This document shows positions 27,040-44,750 of a stretch of 64,000 nucleotides of DNA, piece by piece. The DNA comes from the human T2T-CHM13v2.0 reference genome, Homo sapiens: assembly GCF_009914755.1 (NCBI RefSeq), contig NC_060926.1. One strand, written 5' to 3'. Position 1 is the first letter of the stretch; each line of letters begins with the position of its first letter. The notes under the pieces are model-generated. The model saw only the letters and a list, made by a program, of their open reading frames with translations, was not told the origin of the DNA and ran no database searches. Made by a program: the position numbers and the translations under genes.

Positions 27040-27232
27040 CAATGACTGCAGTGTCTTCCTAACCCATCCCTCTGCTTCCTTCTCCCCTCCACACTGCCCT
27101 CCCCCAGGCAATCCATCCTGACTGCTACAGTTATTTTTCTTGCACACAAATCTGATCATAATGCTCTTTCTGCTAAAACCTCTTCAATGGCCTCCCAGGC
27201 CTTCTGGACTCCTAGCATAGCATTCAAACGCA
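27040..27232 (+). mobile_element. L2 fragment
   Basis: caatccatcc...aaatctgatcat...gctaaaacctcttcaatggcctccca. Confidence 0.7.
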
Positions 27233-27258
27233 GCCCTCTCCCCACTCCTTGACTCTCA

Positions 27259-27472
27259 CCAGCAGAACTCCCGGTTCCAACACTTCTCTGGAGGTTTGTC
27301 ATCCTCTTGGGGGACTGTTTACTGCTGTCCTCACTCACTAGCTCTGAACTTGGTTCTCTGATTACTGCTCTGGCCAAGGGAAGACATAGATCTTTCCCTA
27401 GAGCACAGCTGAGACCAGGCTGGTGTGTGCTTCTGACATTTCTGCAGGCTTGCTGGGGGAACTGCAAAGGGG
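27259..27472 (+). repeat. Local diverged direct duplication, copy 2
   Basis: Shares gggggactgttt..ctagctctga..ccaagggaagacatagatctttcc-tagagcacagctgagaccaggctg..gggggaac.gcaaagggg with copy 1. Confidence 0.9.
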
Positions 27473-28972
27473 GCTCCCCACAGATAAGCTAGTGAGTATG
27501 GGCAGCCAGCTGTGGCTGCAATGGGAACAGCTCTGTCCCTGGGGCCTCTCTTGGCAGCCCCCAGCTTGTGGCCCTCATCAAAGACAATTTTTCCATCTCA
27601 TTGCCCAGGGGTATCTTGAGAATCTCTATATACTTAGAGTCCAGTTTAGGAGAGCTATGTCCAGGAAGAGGAAGTCCCCACCTCTTATCTCAAGCCTGCC
27701 CACCATGTTTTAATGTCCTGATCTAGGACAACTGGCTTTGGGAAGAACCTGCCCTTTAGGTAGGCCACCCACACTGTCACTCACAGTATTGTGGCCTCCC
27801 ACTGTGGCCAATGATCCAATGACCTCCGGCATGGACATCTGCAGGAGATCTTTTGTCTACAGCATCATCATCTCCTTTTGTGTCCCTTGTGTGCTTACGC
27901 TTCAGCCTGAGCCTGTTTAAATGCTCATTGCTGGGTTTTGCTCCTAGCAATCCTGATTTGGTGGGTCTGAGGGGCGCTATGGCTGATTCTAATGCAGCTT
28001 CCACCTCCAATGCAGCTTCTCTAAGCTTGTGTGTCCAACTCTGTGCTTGTATTAATATTTAGAAGAATGGAATGGGCTCAACAGTGCACAGAGCTCAGCT
28101 TCCAAAGAGAAATGTAGATGCCAAGGTCAGGTGCAAAGGACAATTGCAGATAGGAAAGTGAGACTGCGGAGTGACATCCAAGTTCAGGGAACTTGGGCAG
28201 ATCTTGTTACCCACTTATAGCTACCACTTGGGTATCATTTTTCCCATTTGAAATCTAAGTCTGTCAAATACATTTTTAGTGGAGAGAAGAAGGAGATGGA
28301 GTGATTTGGGGAATCAAAAGTCAAATCTAGGTTTTTGGGTTTTGCACCAAATTTGATATTGCCTGCATTGAAAAGAACCCCTCTTCTTGGATTAGATTGA
28401 ATTTATTTGGTGCAAACCCACGCTCTATAAATACTAGTATATTTTTACTTTTTAATACCCTGCATGAAAGTCCAACGATGATCAGAAACGGCAGCTATTA
28501 ACCTTGTAATCTCCTTAATGCAATTAATTAATTAGTAAATTGCTACCAATTTGAACTGAGACATGCATCCATAGTCAGTGTAAATATAAAGCTGATGAAA
28601 TAAAAAATTTACTGTTTTCACATTGGCATTTAACAATGAAGTTTTTAATAAAAGGCAAATTGCTTTATGTAGAACATTTACTTAATTGTATTTGCTCTAG
28701 TGGGATTTTATCTGAATTATCTGGCATGTGAAGGAAATGAACTTAGTTCTAACTGAAGAAAAACGAATCATAGGGAGATTTACTACAATAATTTTCAAGG
28801 ACTGCATCGAGAGGACTCATCAATTTTATTCTGTATCCACTATAGAGGGAACTAAAAAACAGAAAATAAATGTACCCTGTAAATGTAGCAGTGTGCTCTA
28901 CTGGAGATTAAATCTGTATCTTCCCTCTGTTCTAGCAAGAAAGGTTTGGAAAGATATCTTGTTTCCCCCTGC

Positions 28973-29264
28973 TTTTTTTTTTTTTTTTTTTTTTTTTTTT
29001 GAGACAGGGTCTCACTCCTGTCACCCAGGCTGGAGGGCAGTGGCAATCTAAGCTCACTGCAGCTTTGGCCTCCCAGGCTCAAGTGACCCTCCCACCTCTG
29101 CCTCCTACAGGCACATGCTGCCAGCCTGGCTAATTTTTAAATTTTTTGTAGAGATGGGGTCTCACTCTGTTTCCCAGGCTGGTCTTGAACTTCTGGGTTC
29201 AAGTGATCCTCCTGCCTCAGCCTCCCAACGTGCTGAGATTACAGGCATGAGTCACCATGCCCGA
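28973..29264 (-). mobile_element. AluJ
   Basis: Long T tract, gagacagggtctcac, caggctcaagtga; TSD GATATCTT(G/A)TTTC. Confidence 0.92.
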
Positions 29265-31419
29265 CGATATCTTATTTCTTAGGGAGAATAAATCTTTGAA
29301 TGACTGAAAGTACACTGTCTCCTGCTCCTATGTAGAGGTCTGAGACTCCTGGAGACATGGAGAAAGATTACAGGTAGTTTTATTTTTTAGAAAAAGAGGT
29401 GTGAGCAGACATTTTGGGACCAGGGTCTGGGTGGAGAGACTAATAATTCTCCAGAGGATGCTTGGAGCAGAGATGGTGCCTGGGGCCCTGGGGCCATGAG
29501 GCAGTGAAAGCTGAGCCCACCTGGATCCTGCATTCTAGGGTTGGCTTGCAGTCCACAAAGTGGGGGAGGAAGGGAGCACAGAGAAATAGCTGTGAAGACT
29601 GGCATCCTGCCAGCACCTGAGGCAAGAGTGGGGCAGAGGACCCACCTGGCCTGGCCTGGTGTGTGCCCGTGTCCCTCGTTCTTGGCTTGTCCGTCCTACC
29701 CACTGAGGCTCTGCTCCAGGGTTCTCTTGGGGGCTCCTGCAGGCAGTGACACCCACTAACCCAGTCAGGGAGAGGGGCTCCAGTGCCCACACTTTGAAGG
29801 GTGTCTGAAGCATGCAAGTGCCCCCTGGGGAAATGTGGATGAGTCAGAAGCGCTGGACATCTCAGTTACATAGGGCTTAGTTGTGAGGCAGAGTTTTCTG
29901 ATAATGAGGTGTGTTAGTCACTGGGATGAAGACCAAGTGGGCTTTCCTTAGGGACCTTTGAAATAGGCAAGTCTCATCCATTTGGGGGTGGATTTTGGAT
30001 TTCGTGTGGTCTTGCCTAGTAGGGAATGGGGGATAGGGGATGGAGAAGGAAAGGCAGTCAAGGATAACAAAACAAGTTTACTTCTCACACTAGGGGTATC
30101 TGCTTACTCAGTTGCTGAAATCCGGATGGGTCCCATCATTGTTCCTGCTTCTGGTTTGTTAGAACTTCCCCAGGGCACATTAAAACAAATACAGAAATCA
30201 GGTGCATTATCTTTTATGCTTGGTTTCATAAAAATTAATTGCAGAAAAAATATATGCTGTGACATATGCTTTCTATCCCACCAAGAGAGGAATCAATGTA
30301 GCACTTTCTCTTGTGAATAGAACTCAATAGTTCTCCTTTGTGTTGTAAAATGGTATTATAGTCATGCCAGAGAGTGGCATTGCATGTAATTACAAACCTG
30401 TTGAGTTCTGTGTTTAAGCCCAGTTTGAGGGAATGTGGCGCTCAGGGTTTTTAATCACACAGGATTAAACTTGGCTTTCAAGTTTTGTATAAAGCTAGTG
30501 TAGCTGGTAAATGTGCATTCTGACTACCAGTGTGAAGAAAAATTAATTCCATTCAGGGAACTCGGCCTACATGCACTGGTGCTGTTGGATCCGTTTTGTG
30601 GAAAGGGACAGTGTCCTTCCTGCTACAGAGCTCATGCTTGATTGGTCTGTATTAGTGTCATCCTGGCTGTCAAAATATTTTGAATATTTCTTCTGACTTA
30701 CATCTGCACTCCTTTTTTCACATGTAGGTTGGATTACCAAGCTGTAACCCAAGATGAGCTGTCCAACCATGAAAATAAACACCACTGACATGTCTAAAAT
30801 TTATGGGCAACTGATGAAATGCAGTAGATTTACAAGGAGCTACCCCCCAGGCTTCATCAAATGAGGCAACTGAGTGCTGTTGAAATAATTGTTTTATTTA
30901 CAGTTCCTTAAACTTCCAGTGGGCAGACTACCAAACCAGGGTTGATCATACCTGGGACCGTAGGTCAGTAACATCCCTTACTTGTAACCATTTCTCCCTA
31001 GAGTCCAGACTAGTGGACATGCTCATCTGGTCCAACCATGTTCTGGCCTCCATGACTCTGATGGTTCAGCTTACTAGGTCAGCTCTCATGGAGTTGTACA
31101 TATGCTTTCCTGCAAGATCAAGAAAGTTGATCCCCTGGTCACCTTGAATCCCTAGTCCTGAATGTTGTATTCTACACTGAATTTCTCAGATGCATCACTC
31201 TGTCTGGAAGGGCTGAGAATGGGGAGGAAGATGGGAAAAGGTAAAAAGCTTTGGGAGTTATGTAACAATGTTGAAGTTGGAGATTGTATTTCTCTCGTTC
31301 ATTTTTCCTGGGCCATTGTAAATACTTCTTGCATAAGCACAGCCAGTCATATGTGGTAGGCCAGTCCTGACCTACTATTCCAAACATATAATTATGACTT
31401 ATAATAATAATAATAAGTA

Positions 31420-31950
31420 GGACTATAATTATCATGTAGTGATGGAGCGGCCATGTGCTGAACACAGGGCTAGATGGTTTCACATACATTATCTCATTTA
31501 GATTTTATTTATTTATTTTTGAGACAGGGTCTTGCGCTGTGGCCCATGCTGCAGTGTGGTGACACCGTTATAGCTCACTGCAGCCTCAAACTCCTGGGCT
31601 CAAGTGATCTTCCTGCTTTAGCTTCCTGTGTAGCTAGGACTACAAGTGTGTGCCACCATGCCTAATTTTTTTTTTTTTAATTTTTTTAGAGATGGGGTTT
31701 TGCTATGTTGCACAGGCTAGTCTTGAACTCCTGGCCTCAAGCAATCCTCCCATCTCAGCTTCCTCAAGTGCTGGGATTATAGACATAATCCACTGCATCC
31801 AGCCTCATTTAGTTTTTAGAACAATAATCCTGCAAATAGGCATTTCCCATCTTTTATAGATAAATAACCTGAGGCTCTGAGAGACTTATAACTCACTCAT
31901 TTACTTAGCCCAGCTCGGTCTAGCACCAAAGCCATCTATCCTTCCCACTT
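31420..31950 (-). mobile_element. MIR split by AluJ
   Basis: acatacattatctcattta / cccatcttttatagataaataacctgaggctctgagag. Confidence 0.7.
31503..31805 (-). mobile_element. AluJ
   Basis: atagctcactgcagcctcaaactcctgggctcaag; TSD CTCATTTAG. Confidence 0.92.
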
Positions 31951-32492
31951 TGTGGCCTCCCAAGGAAACCCAGTGGTCCCACCTGTCCAATGCATTTTCT
32001 GAAATCAGGTCTGAGTAAGTATTTCACGTGCTCCAACTTCATATGCAAACTTCACGTATCTTTAAAATTCCCTTGCTCACTCCTCTAGTCAAGGTTATCT
32101 TGGGCACAGAGAGTTCTTTAAATATTCCAGCCACCTGTCACCCAAGGAATGTTCTGAACCCTGACAGTCTCTGAAGTGTTCCTGCCCTTGCATGAAAATG
32201 ACTCTATCTGGTTTATAATTAGAAGTGAAATGATTTTAAATGGCTTCCACATGGCTTAGTTTTCCAAGCAGTTCCAGTTACATAGAACTTCATATAAACA
32301 GATAATGAGAGGCTAGAGTTGGAGAGCACAGTTCCTGCTTCCAAATTGGCTTGAAGTGGGGACATCTGCTCTGCATGAAGCCTGGGTCAGGCTGCCCCTC
32401 TCATCTGTGACCTCCTGTGGTCGGGAGGGACTTGCTCTGGATTATATAAAGGCTTCACAAGAGTACTGGAAGCGGGGACGGAATCAACTTGA

Positions 32493-33079
<587 letters not shown>

Positions 33080-33529
33080 TATTATTATTATTTTTAATTC
33101 CAAAACTGGATGGAGAATGTGGGAATCGAAAAATTGTGCACGTTGTAGAGCCTGGGTCTGAGGTTTCCCTTGAAACTGTCATTGGTCTTCCAGAAGACCA
33201 GCTATCCCAGATATATTAATAGTAGAATCGAAGGGCCCTGAGATACCTGACTTCAGAAATTCTTGAGTTCCCAAAGCCTGCATAAAGCTGGAGGCTCCCA
33301 TGCATGAAGCTTGGAGGGCCGGTATGTGCTCATGAGAGAGGCAGAGGGAGAGTGTTTTCCAGAATATCAATCTAGGGTCCTAGCAACCCCTGCTCAACAG
33401 TGTTTCTTCCTTTCCTCAGCAAATCCAAGTGGATCCCTTCTTTGTATGATGGTTTTGGGGTCTGTCTTTTCCATAGATTCTTTCTGCCAAGTCTGGTCTT
33501 CACTGATGCAGTTAATTAATAAATCTCAT

Positions 33530-33760
33530 CTATTTTAATTTAATGCTTGAATGAGTGGCTACTCATGCGAGGTATTGGTCTAGGTATGCTCGGTAGGGCT
33601 GCAAAGATGAACCAAATTTAGATTCTTCCCCAAGAAGTTTACAGTCTACCAGGAGAGAAGTCAAGTATAGCTGGGGATGGGAAGGGATGCAAATAGACAC
33701 ACCGTTACTATAGGGTGTGTTAAGATAGAAGGAGACAAAATGTAATGAAAGAAGACAGGA
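33530..33760 (-). mobile_element. L2 3' fragment
   Basis: gagtggctactcatgcgaggtattggtctagg...caaagatgaa...caagaagtttacagtcta. Confidence 0.55.
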
Positions 33761-34184
33761 GGAAATGGCCCCAGTGACTCCTTCTCATAAGGGGCAGAGA
33801 ACCCCTGAAAAGGCAGTTTCTAGTTTGAAAGTTCTCTGAGATACGTAATGTCTTCTTGAGCCAGGATAAATCTGCTTTGGGCTTTTATTTCTATTTCTTT
33901 CCTAGCTTCTGGAAAAAGGGCTATCATGGAGGATGTTGACAGCAGGTTTAAAATGGGGGGGCATGGTTTGGGGGTTTGGTGAGCCCCACCCATAGATGTG
34001 AAGCCAGAAGGAGGAAGCCCAGTGCTGGTATGGCTTCCTGCTCAAGAAGATGCCAGAGCCTCTGAGCAGGAGTCATGGTCCAAGGAGGCTTGTGACTCTC
34101 TTGTTTAACTTACAGCTTTAAAGGAAATAACGTCTTTGTAGCAAAAGTCCACCAGGATTTGCATTTGTATTTCTAAAAACAGAG

Positions 34185-35160
<976 letters not shown>

Positions 35161-35329
35161 AGAAAAAGAGGCTTGTGAGCTTCCTTAAGCCTGTGACTTG
35201 CCTAACATTTATCATGTTTGTTACCTTCCCTGACACAAGCAGGAGGTGAGCACTGGGGAGGTTCTGAGGATAGAAAATTACTCCTGGCTTAGGGGTAGAC
35301 TGGCTCCATGGAGGAGGCTGAATGGCATC

Positions 35330-35680
35330 TGAACACTGAAAGACTGTCCAGAATTGGACACATAAAGTCTAAAGGGAGAGTGTATAGGTAAAGACAGAGG
35401 GCAGGACAGAATGGGATGAGAATGTGAAATGAGACGTAATTGGATCTGGTTGGGAAAGGAGGGAAGGAGTGGGGGTAAGAGTGGAAAAGAAGGTGGGGGA
35501 CAAATCATGGTAGTTGAGAAGACTGGGCAATGGGGAGGTCATTGAAGACTCTGTCAGGGTGCTGAGCTGTGCTTCAGGGAGATCAGTCTGGCAGCAGTGT
35601 AGGCAGAGAGGTCAGATGGGGATACAGACGGAGAGAAATTAGGAACCCATTCCTGTAATCTGGGAAACAGAGAGGTGATT
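35330..35680 (-). mobile_element. L2 fragment
   Basis: gggcaatggggaggtcattgaag...gatcagtctggcagcagtgt. Confidence 0.5.
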
Positions 35681-36120
35681 AGTCAAGATTAATTTCCTCT
35701 GCCTGTACTAGGAACGTTTACAAGTTAAGTTTATTTCTCTCTCATATAAAAGAAGTTATGGTAAGAAGTCCAAAATTGATGTGTAGGCACCACAAAGTTA
35801 ACAGGGATCTAGTCCTTTTCTAGCTCTCTGCTGTGCCATCCCTAGGGTGCTGCAGTCATTCTCAAGGTCATTCCAGCAGCAAAGTTGAGGAATGGGGTAG
35901 AAAAGCATGTTTTTATAGAACAACTTCCCAGAAGTCCCACATAACATGCTTGCCTACTTCCCATTGGCTAGAATTTAGTCACATGGCCACATCTAACTGG
36001 AGGGGAGTCTGGGAAATGTAGTCTTTTAGCTGGGTCGCCATGTGCCTGGCTAAAATGGAGAGTTCATTCATTAAGGAGAAAGGGGAGAAGGGATGTTGGG
36101 GAAGGCAAATGGTAGGTTAT
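35680..36120 (-). mobile_element. Old MLT1 (I/J/K-like) LTR
   Basis: cccattggctagaatttagtcacatggccacatctaactggaggggagtctgggaaatgtagtcttttagctggg. Confidence 0.7.
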
Positions 36121-36284
36121 GCCTCAGAGTCTGAATTCAACTAGTGGTGAAGAGAATGGAGAGGAGAGGGAGAATATGTGAGATATGCAGGTACATAATG
36201 ACTGGGCTTGACAAGTGATTAGAAATGGGTTGGAAATAAGAGAGGTTTGGAGCCTGAGTAAAGTGAAGTGGTGGAAACCATAGT

Positions 36285-36500
36285 TAATGTGTGCCAGGCA
36301 CTGGTCTAAATGTTTTTGCACGTATTTCACATTGATTTCTCATGACACCACTATGAGGTAGGTCCTGCTATTATTATCTCAATTTTGCAGATGAAGGAAA
36401 TGGGACATTGAGGTAATTTGCTTGCCCAAGTGTCACAGTTAGTAGCAGAACCAGAATTTGAACCTGGGCAGCTGGTTCCAGAGCCTGTACCCTTAAGCAC
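36285..36500 (-). mobile_element. MIR
   Basis: tgtgccaggcactgg...attttgcagatgaaggaaatggg...cttgcccaag...atttgaacctgggcag. Confidence 0.85.
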
Positions 36501-37283
36501 TACTGTAAACTGAATCTTTCTGTCCCCTCAAAATTTGTATGTTGAAACTTAATCTCCAGTGTGATGGTATTTGGAAGTGGGAAGGTCCTTGGGAGGTGAT
36601 TAGATCATGAGAGTGGAGTCCTCATGAAGGAAATTAGTGCCCTTATAAAAAAGACCCCAGAAAGCTCCCTACCCCTTCTGCCATATGAGGTCTCAGTGAG
36701 AAGACAGCCATCCGTGAGCCAGGAGGAGGGCCTGATATGGTTTGGATCTTTGTCCCTGCCCATATATCATGTTGAAATGTAATCCCCAGTGTTAGAGGTG
36801 GGGCCTGGTAAGAGGTGATTGGCTCATGGGGGTGGTTTCTCACAGTTTAACACCATCAGCCTTGATGCTGTTATCATGATAGTAAGTTCTTGTGAGATCT
36901 GGCTGTTTAAAAGTGTGTGGCACCCCTCTCCTCTCTCTTTTCCTGCTGTTCCAGCCATTTGAAGTGCTGTCTGCTCCTTGGCCTTCTGGCATGATTGTAA
37001 GCTTCCTGAGGCCTCCCTAGAGGATGAGTACATGGCAGCATCATGCTTCCTGTACAGGCCGCAGAACTGTGAGTCAATTAAAATTCTTCTTTATAAACTA
37101 CTCAGTCCCAGGTATTTATTTATTTATAGCAATGCAAAAACAATCTAATACAAGGCCTTATCAGACACTGAATCTGCTCATGCCTTGATCTTGGACTTCT
37201 CAGCCTCCAGAACTGTGAGAAATAAAGGCTTGAGCCACTCGTCTATGATATTTTAGTTATAGCAATCAAAATGGACTAAGACA
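36501..37283 (+). mobile_element. MLT1A0-like LTR split by MSTA
   Basis: ctgaatctttctgtcccctcaaaatttgtatgttgaa ... ccttgatcttggacttctcagcctccagaactgtgag...ggactaagaca. Confidence 0.88.
36733..37152 (+). mobile_element. MSTA-like solo LTR nested in MLT1A0
   Basis: tgatatggtttggatc...ctaataca; TSD GGGCC/AGGCC. Confidence 0.88.
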
Positions 37284-38689
37284 ACCACTATGCCTGTGGT
37301 GGCACTGTGAATAGAGAGAGAGGGAACAGGGAAATATCTAGATCTGTGTGCTGATACCACTTTTTTTCTCCACATTATTCTCCTTTTTCCTTGATTATAT
37401 TTAACTTCTGTGGTGCTCAGTTGTAGGTGGTATAGAAAACTTGTTGAGTTGACTTTCCCATGTGGGCTTGGAAGAGTACACAAAGTGCTGACAACCTGTC
37501 CTTTGTTTTGGTCATTGACAATTTCAAGCCTTGGCCTGGGGTGGGCACTGAGCATTGGCAATGCCTTGTGGGGTCTGGGGGTGGTTCTGGGGGCTGCATT
37601 CCAGATGTCCCAGTTGGTCAGGAAGTAGATTGCCCAGAACCTATATTACCAGGTCCAAATGGGACAAGAGAGGAAGGAAAAGCCAAGAGGCAAGCTAGTG
37701 GGACCCAGAGCCTTGGGAAGCTCATGCCTCGGAAAGCCTGGGTGGGGAGCTAGGCTTAATATGGTTTCTGGGGAGCAGTAGGCAGCTCTGCTCTCCAAGG
37801 GCTGGGGATGTAGCTCTAGAAAGGACAGAAGGGATTTGTTCTGTGGCCAAATGTAACTTGGAAACAATATTCTGTCTGCCATTTCTGTTTTGCAAAAAGT
37901 GTGATAGAGGCCAAATCCATGCCAGGGCTGAAGACCAAGAATGGAGTAATGTCTGCAGAGAGAAGGGTAATTAGCAAATTCCTTAATTAGAGTTGGGTTC
38001 CTGTTTTCCCAGTCAATTCTAATCATTTGCTAGATTTTAACACAGCTTCTTTGGCCTGCAGGGTACAGCCATAGAGTTCAGAAAACCAGGATCCAGTGAT
38101 CTTGGATAAAGTAAGTAAGACCTGGTTTCCTCTTCCGTAAAAAGACTATCACAACATTTATTTCTTGAAGCTGTAAGAATCCAAAAAGTAATATGTAAAA
38201 TGTTGGCAAGCTCTCAAGGTTAGTTATTTATTACATTAGTGATAATGATGCCTTATTAGCTGCTAATGTCTGTTAGTGAATGCTTCTGTGTTTAAATTTC
38301 ATGCTTCATTGAATCCCACTGATTTCCTTTTCTCACCAAGGTGCCATTCTGCACTGACACCTGTAATCAAAGCTTGAAGATTTACTTAGGCACCAAAAGA
38401 TTAATCTTGATAAAATTCATGAAGTTTCTGTTCACTAGACATTAGCCATCACCCCTGATATGTGACATCCTTCTCTTATTCTGATTTCTAAACATATATT
38501 TAAATATAGGTTAAGAAAGTATCATTTCAGAGCCAGTAAGTTAACTGGGGAAAAAAATGGGCTTTCTTTGAATAAGAATCTCACACTGGATTGAACCTCA
38601 ATGTTTTGATATATGGTGCCTCTATTCTAGTTGTTACTAAATACTTTCATTTTCCATTCCAGTTCTTTTTCTTTTTCTTCAACCAAGAT

Positions 38690-38890
38690 TTAATTGCTGG
38701 AGACCAAGCTCATTTGTAATTATTCCGTGGTAAAAATATAGACAGGAATAAGATGTAGTCCTGTCCTCAATAAGCTCATAGTCTGGGAGAGAAGACAAAC
38801 TTGAAAATAAATAATTGCAGTACATGAGACAAATGCCATTGAATAAATATATACAGGGTACAGAGGTGGCATCTCAAGAAGAAGGAACAA
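38690..38890 (-). mobile_element. L2 fragment
   Basis: ggaataagatgtagtcctgtcctcaataagctcatagtctgggagagaagaca. Confidence 0.6.
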
Positions 38891-39605
38891 AAATGCCTTG
38901 GCATTTCAACTGGGAGGACAAAATACGTGTTGGTATCATCACTGTCTAAATGTGTAACCTCAGAATTCACCAATCACTTGACAAAACTGGATTCTTTCTT
39001 GCATGTAATGTTAGTTGAATCTTTTGAATTCCAGAGATTGAGAAGTAATTTGGGTTTTTATTAGTTCTAGTCTCTTCCTTCTTTCATCTCATTGTACTTC
39101 TTAATCCCTAATTTATATACTTATAATGTAAAATGCATTTGGTCATCTATTCTGCCCTCAATCTCTCCAACAATTTTTCTATGTCTGGTTTTTATTTTTC
39201 CATCATAAATCTTTAATGTGCATAGCTGTGTTCCTTTCCTTGAAATCCAAACTTGCCCCATCATATTTGCAAAAATTTGAAAGCTTGACAATACACTCAT
39301 TGGCAAGGCTATAGGGAAACAGCTATTCTTATCCATTGTTGGTGGGAATGAAAAATGGCATAATTTTTATGGAGGGGAATTTGGTAATAGCTAATGAAAC
39401 TATATGTGCATTTATCCTTTGACCCAGCAATTAAACTAATAGTAATTTATTCTGAAGATGTACTTCTAATAATACAAAAAAACCCAAATGCACAAAGTTA
39501 TTAATTATAGTTGGAAACCACCTTAATGTCCAAGGATAGGAAACTGACTAAATTATGGGTACTCACACACAATGAAGTACTATGCAGCTGTAAACAAGAA
39601 TGAGT

Positions 39606-39944
<339 letters not shown>

Positions 39945-40487
39945 CTATGAACTGATGTGGAATTATTTCTAAGAGATATTGTTAAGAGAAAAAAAGCAAA
40001 GTGCAAAATAATATATATGGTATGCTATCATTTATGTAAGAGAGAAGGAAAAATGAGAAAACATATATTTGTTTATCTCTACAAAAGAAACAAAGGATAA
40101 ATCAGGAAGCATTAAAGTTGGTGAAGGAAATAGGGCAGAAAAAATATGGAAGGAGGAATACTTCTCTGAATAGATCTTTTTGCATAGTTTTGACCTTCAG
40201 AAGCATGTTAATATTTTATATATTCTAAAGTAAAATTAATAAGGATGGAAAAGGGCAAAAATCCCTAAAACTGAATGCAAACTGAAACAAATTAGTCAAT
40301 TGTTTTGCAAATGAATACCATAACCACCTTGAAGAGAAAAAAAGAAAGGACTAATCCTAGTAACTTATGAACATAGTATTTGACTATATACCCTCAGTCT
40401 TAGGTGAAGGAATACATAGAATTGTGCATAAATTCTGAACTTTTTTTTAAGTAGACTTGTTTTTTGTAGTGATAGAGGAAAGTAATT

Positions 40488-41273
<786 letters not shown>

Positions 41274-42632
41274 TATGTATTATAGGAGTGAGCAAATAAG
41301 TAAATGTGTTACTATTGGGAAGCAGGGTTCTCATTAAGGAAAAAGTGACAATATATGGAATGGGGAGAAAGCAAGAAAGAGCCCTGTTGAGATGGATTGA
41401 AATTTGGGGTATCACTGTGTATTATATTTCTAAAATGCATATGTATGTGTGCATGTAAATTTGCATGAATATGTACTTATAAATATATATACCTGTGTGT
41501 ATTACCTAGTTTTGTCTGCTGAAAGGGCCAAGAAACAATAACACCTCAGTGGCCAATGGACACATCTTGTGCCCAGATCTTGGTCTCTAATTCCATTCCC
41601 CACCAAAAGGACTCAGGGCTCTCGGGAGAACCAACTGATTCCAGGCTAGGGCAGGACTGTTAACAGGTGAGCCTGGAACTTTCTTAATTTCTAGTATAAC
41701 AGAATGTTCTGTTATGCTGATACTAGAAATTAAGAATGAGCTCAAAAAGAGATGGGACCATGTCACAAGGACACAGGAGCCAGCCTGAAAGAACTCCCAC
41801 TGGCTAAATCTGGGACAATTTAAGTAATTAAGTATAATGATGAATTATAAACTATTAAAAATCAGAATTTATGAGTCCCTATTGATAATAAATGGGTTAA
41901 ATATTTATATGAGGAAAAGCAAGGGCTCTTGCTTACAGTGAAATGCTGAATGCCAACTTATAAATTGGGAGGAAGGGCTGGAGCTGATAAGTTAGCATTT
42001 TAGAACCATTACAGCAAAGATCAGCAAGAATCATCAAGCAAGAATCATCAATGGATGCAAAAACTAGGGAGGAATTTAGATAAGGAGGAGGATATTTGTT
42101 TGGTCTAAAAATATCTCCCTACATACTATTAGTTGCAAGGGAAACCAAAATAGCAATTATACTGTAGAGAAATTTGACAGCTTGACTGGGTTTTCAAAAT
42201 CTGCAATGAGGGCAGATGGATGTTGTGTGCCTCCTGATGTGATGCCTTGGGAAGGACACAGTGGCACCTCTGTCGTATTCCAGCCAAGAATGTATAACCC
42301 GAGTCATGAGGAAATATTAGACAAACTATAAATGAGAAACATTCTGTTAAAAACGGGGCAGGGCTCTAGACTTGGAAAATGTCATCATGGAGGACAAAGA
42401 AAGGGTCTGGAAGTGCTCCAGATCAATGAAGGATGGAGACAGCTGAACTCAATCCCTGACCCTAGACTGGATTCCATTCTGGAGGGGGAAATGCTATAAA
42501 GACATTATTGGGTCAATTGACAAAAATGGGACAGTAGATTAGATAAAAGTAATGTTTCATTGTTAAATTTACTGAAGTTGAGGATGATACTCTGGCTATA
42601 TGAGAATGTATGCACGTACACACGTACAGTGA

Positions 42633-42925
<293 letters not shown>

Positions 42926-42933
42926 AACATGTA

Positions 42934-44750
<1,817 letters not shown>

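Noticed and set aside
32441-32452. TATATAAAGG TATA-like box
   Set aside because: Isolated motif with no supporting CpG island or downstream exon
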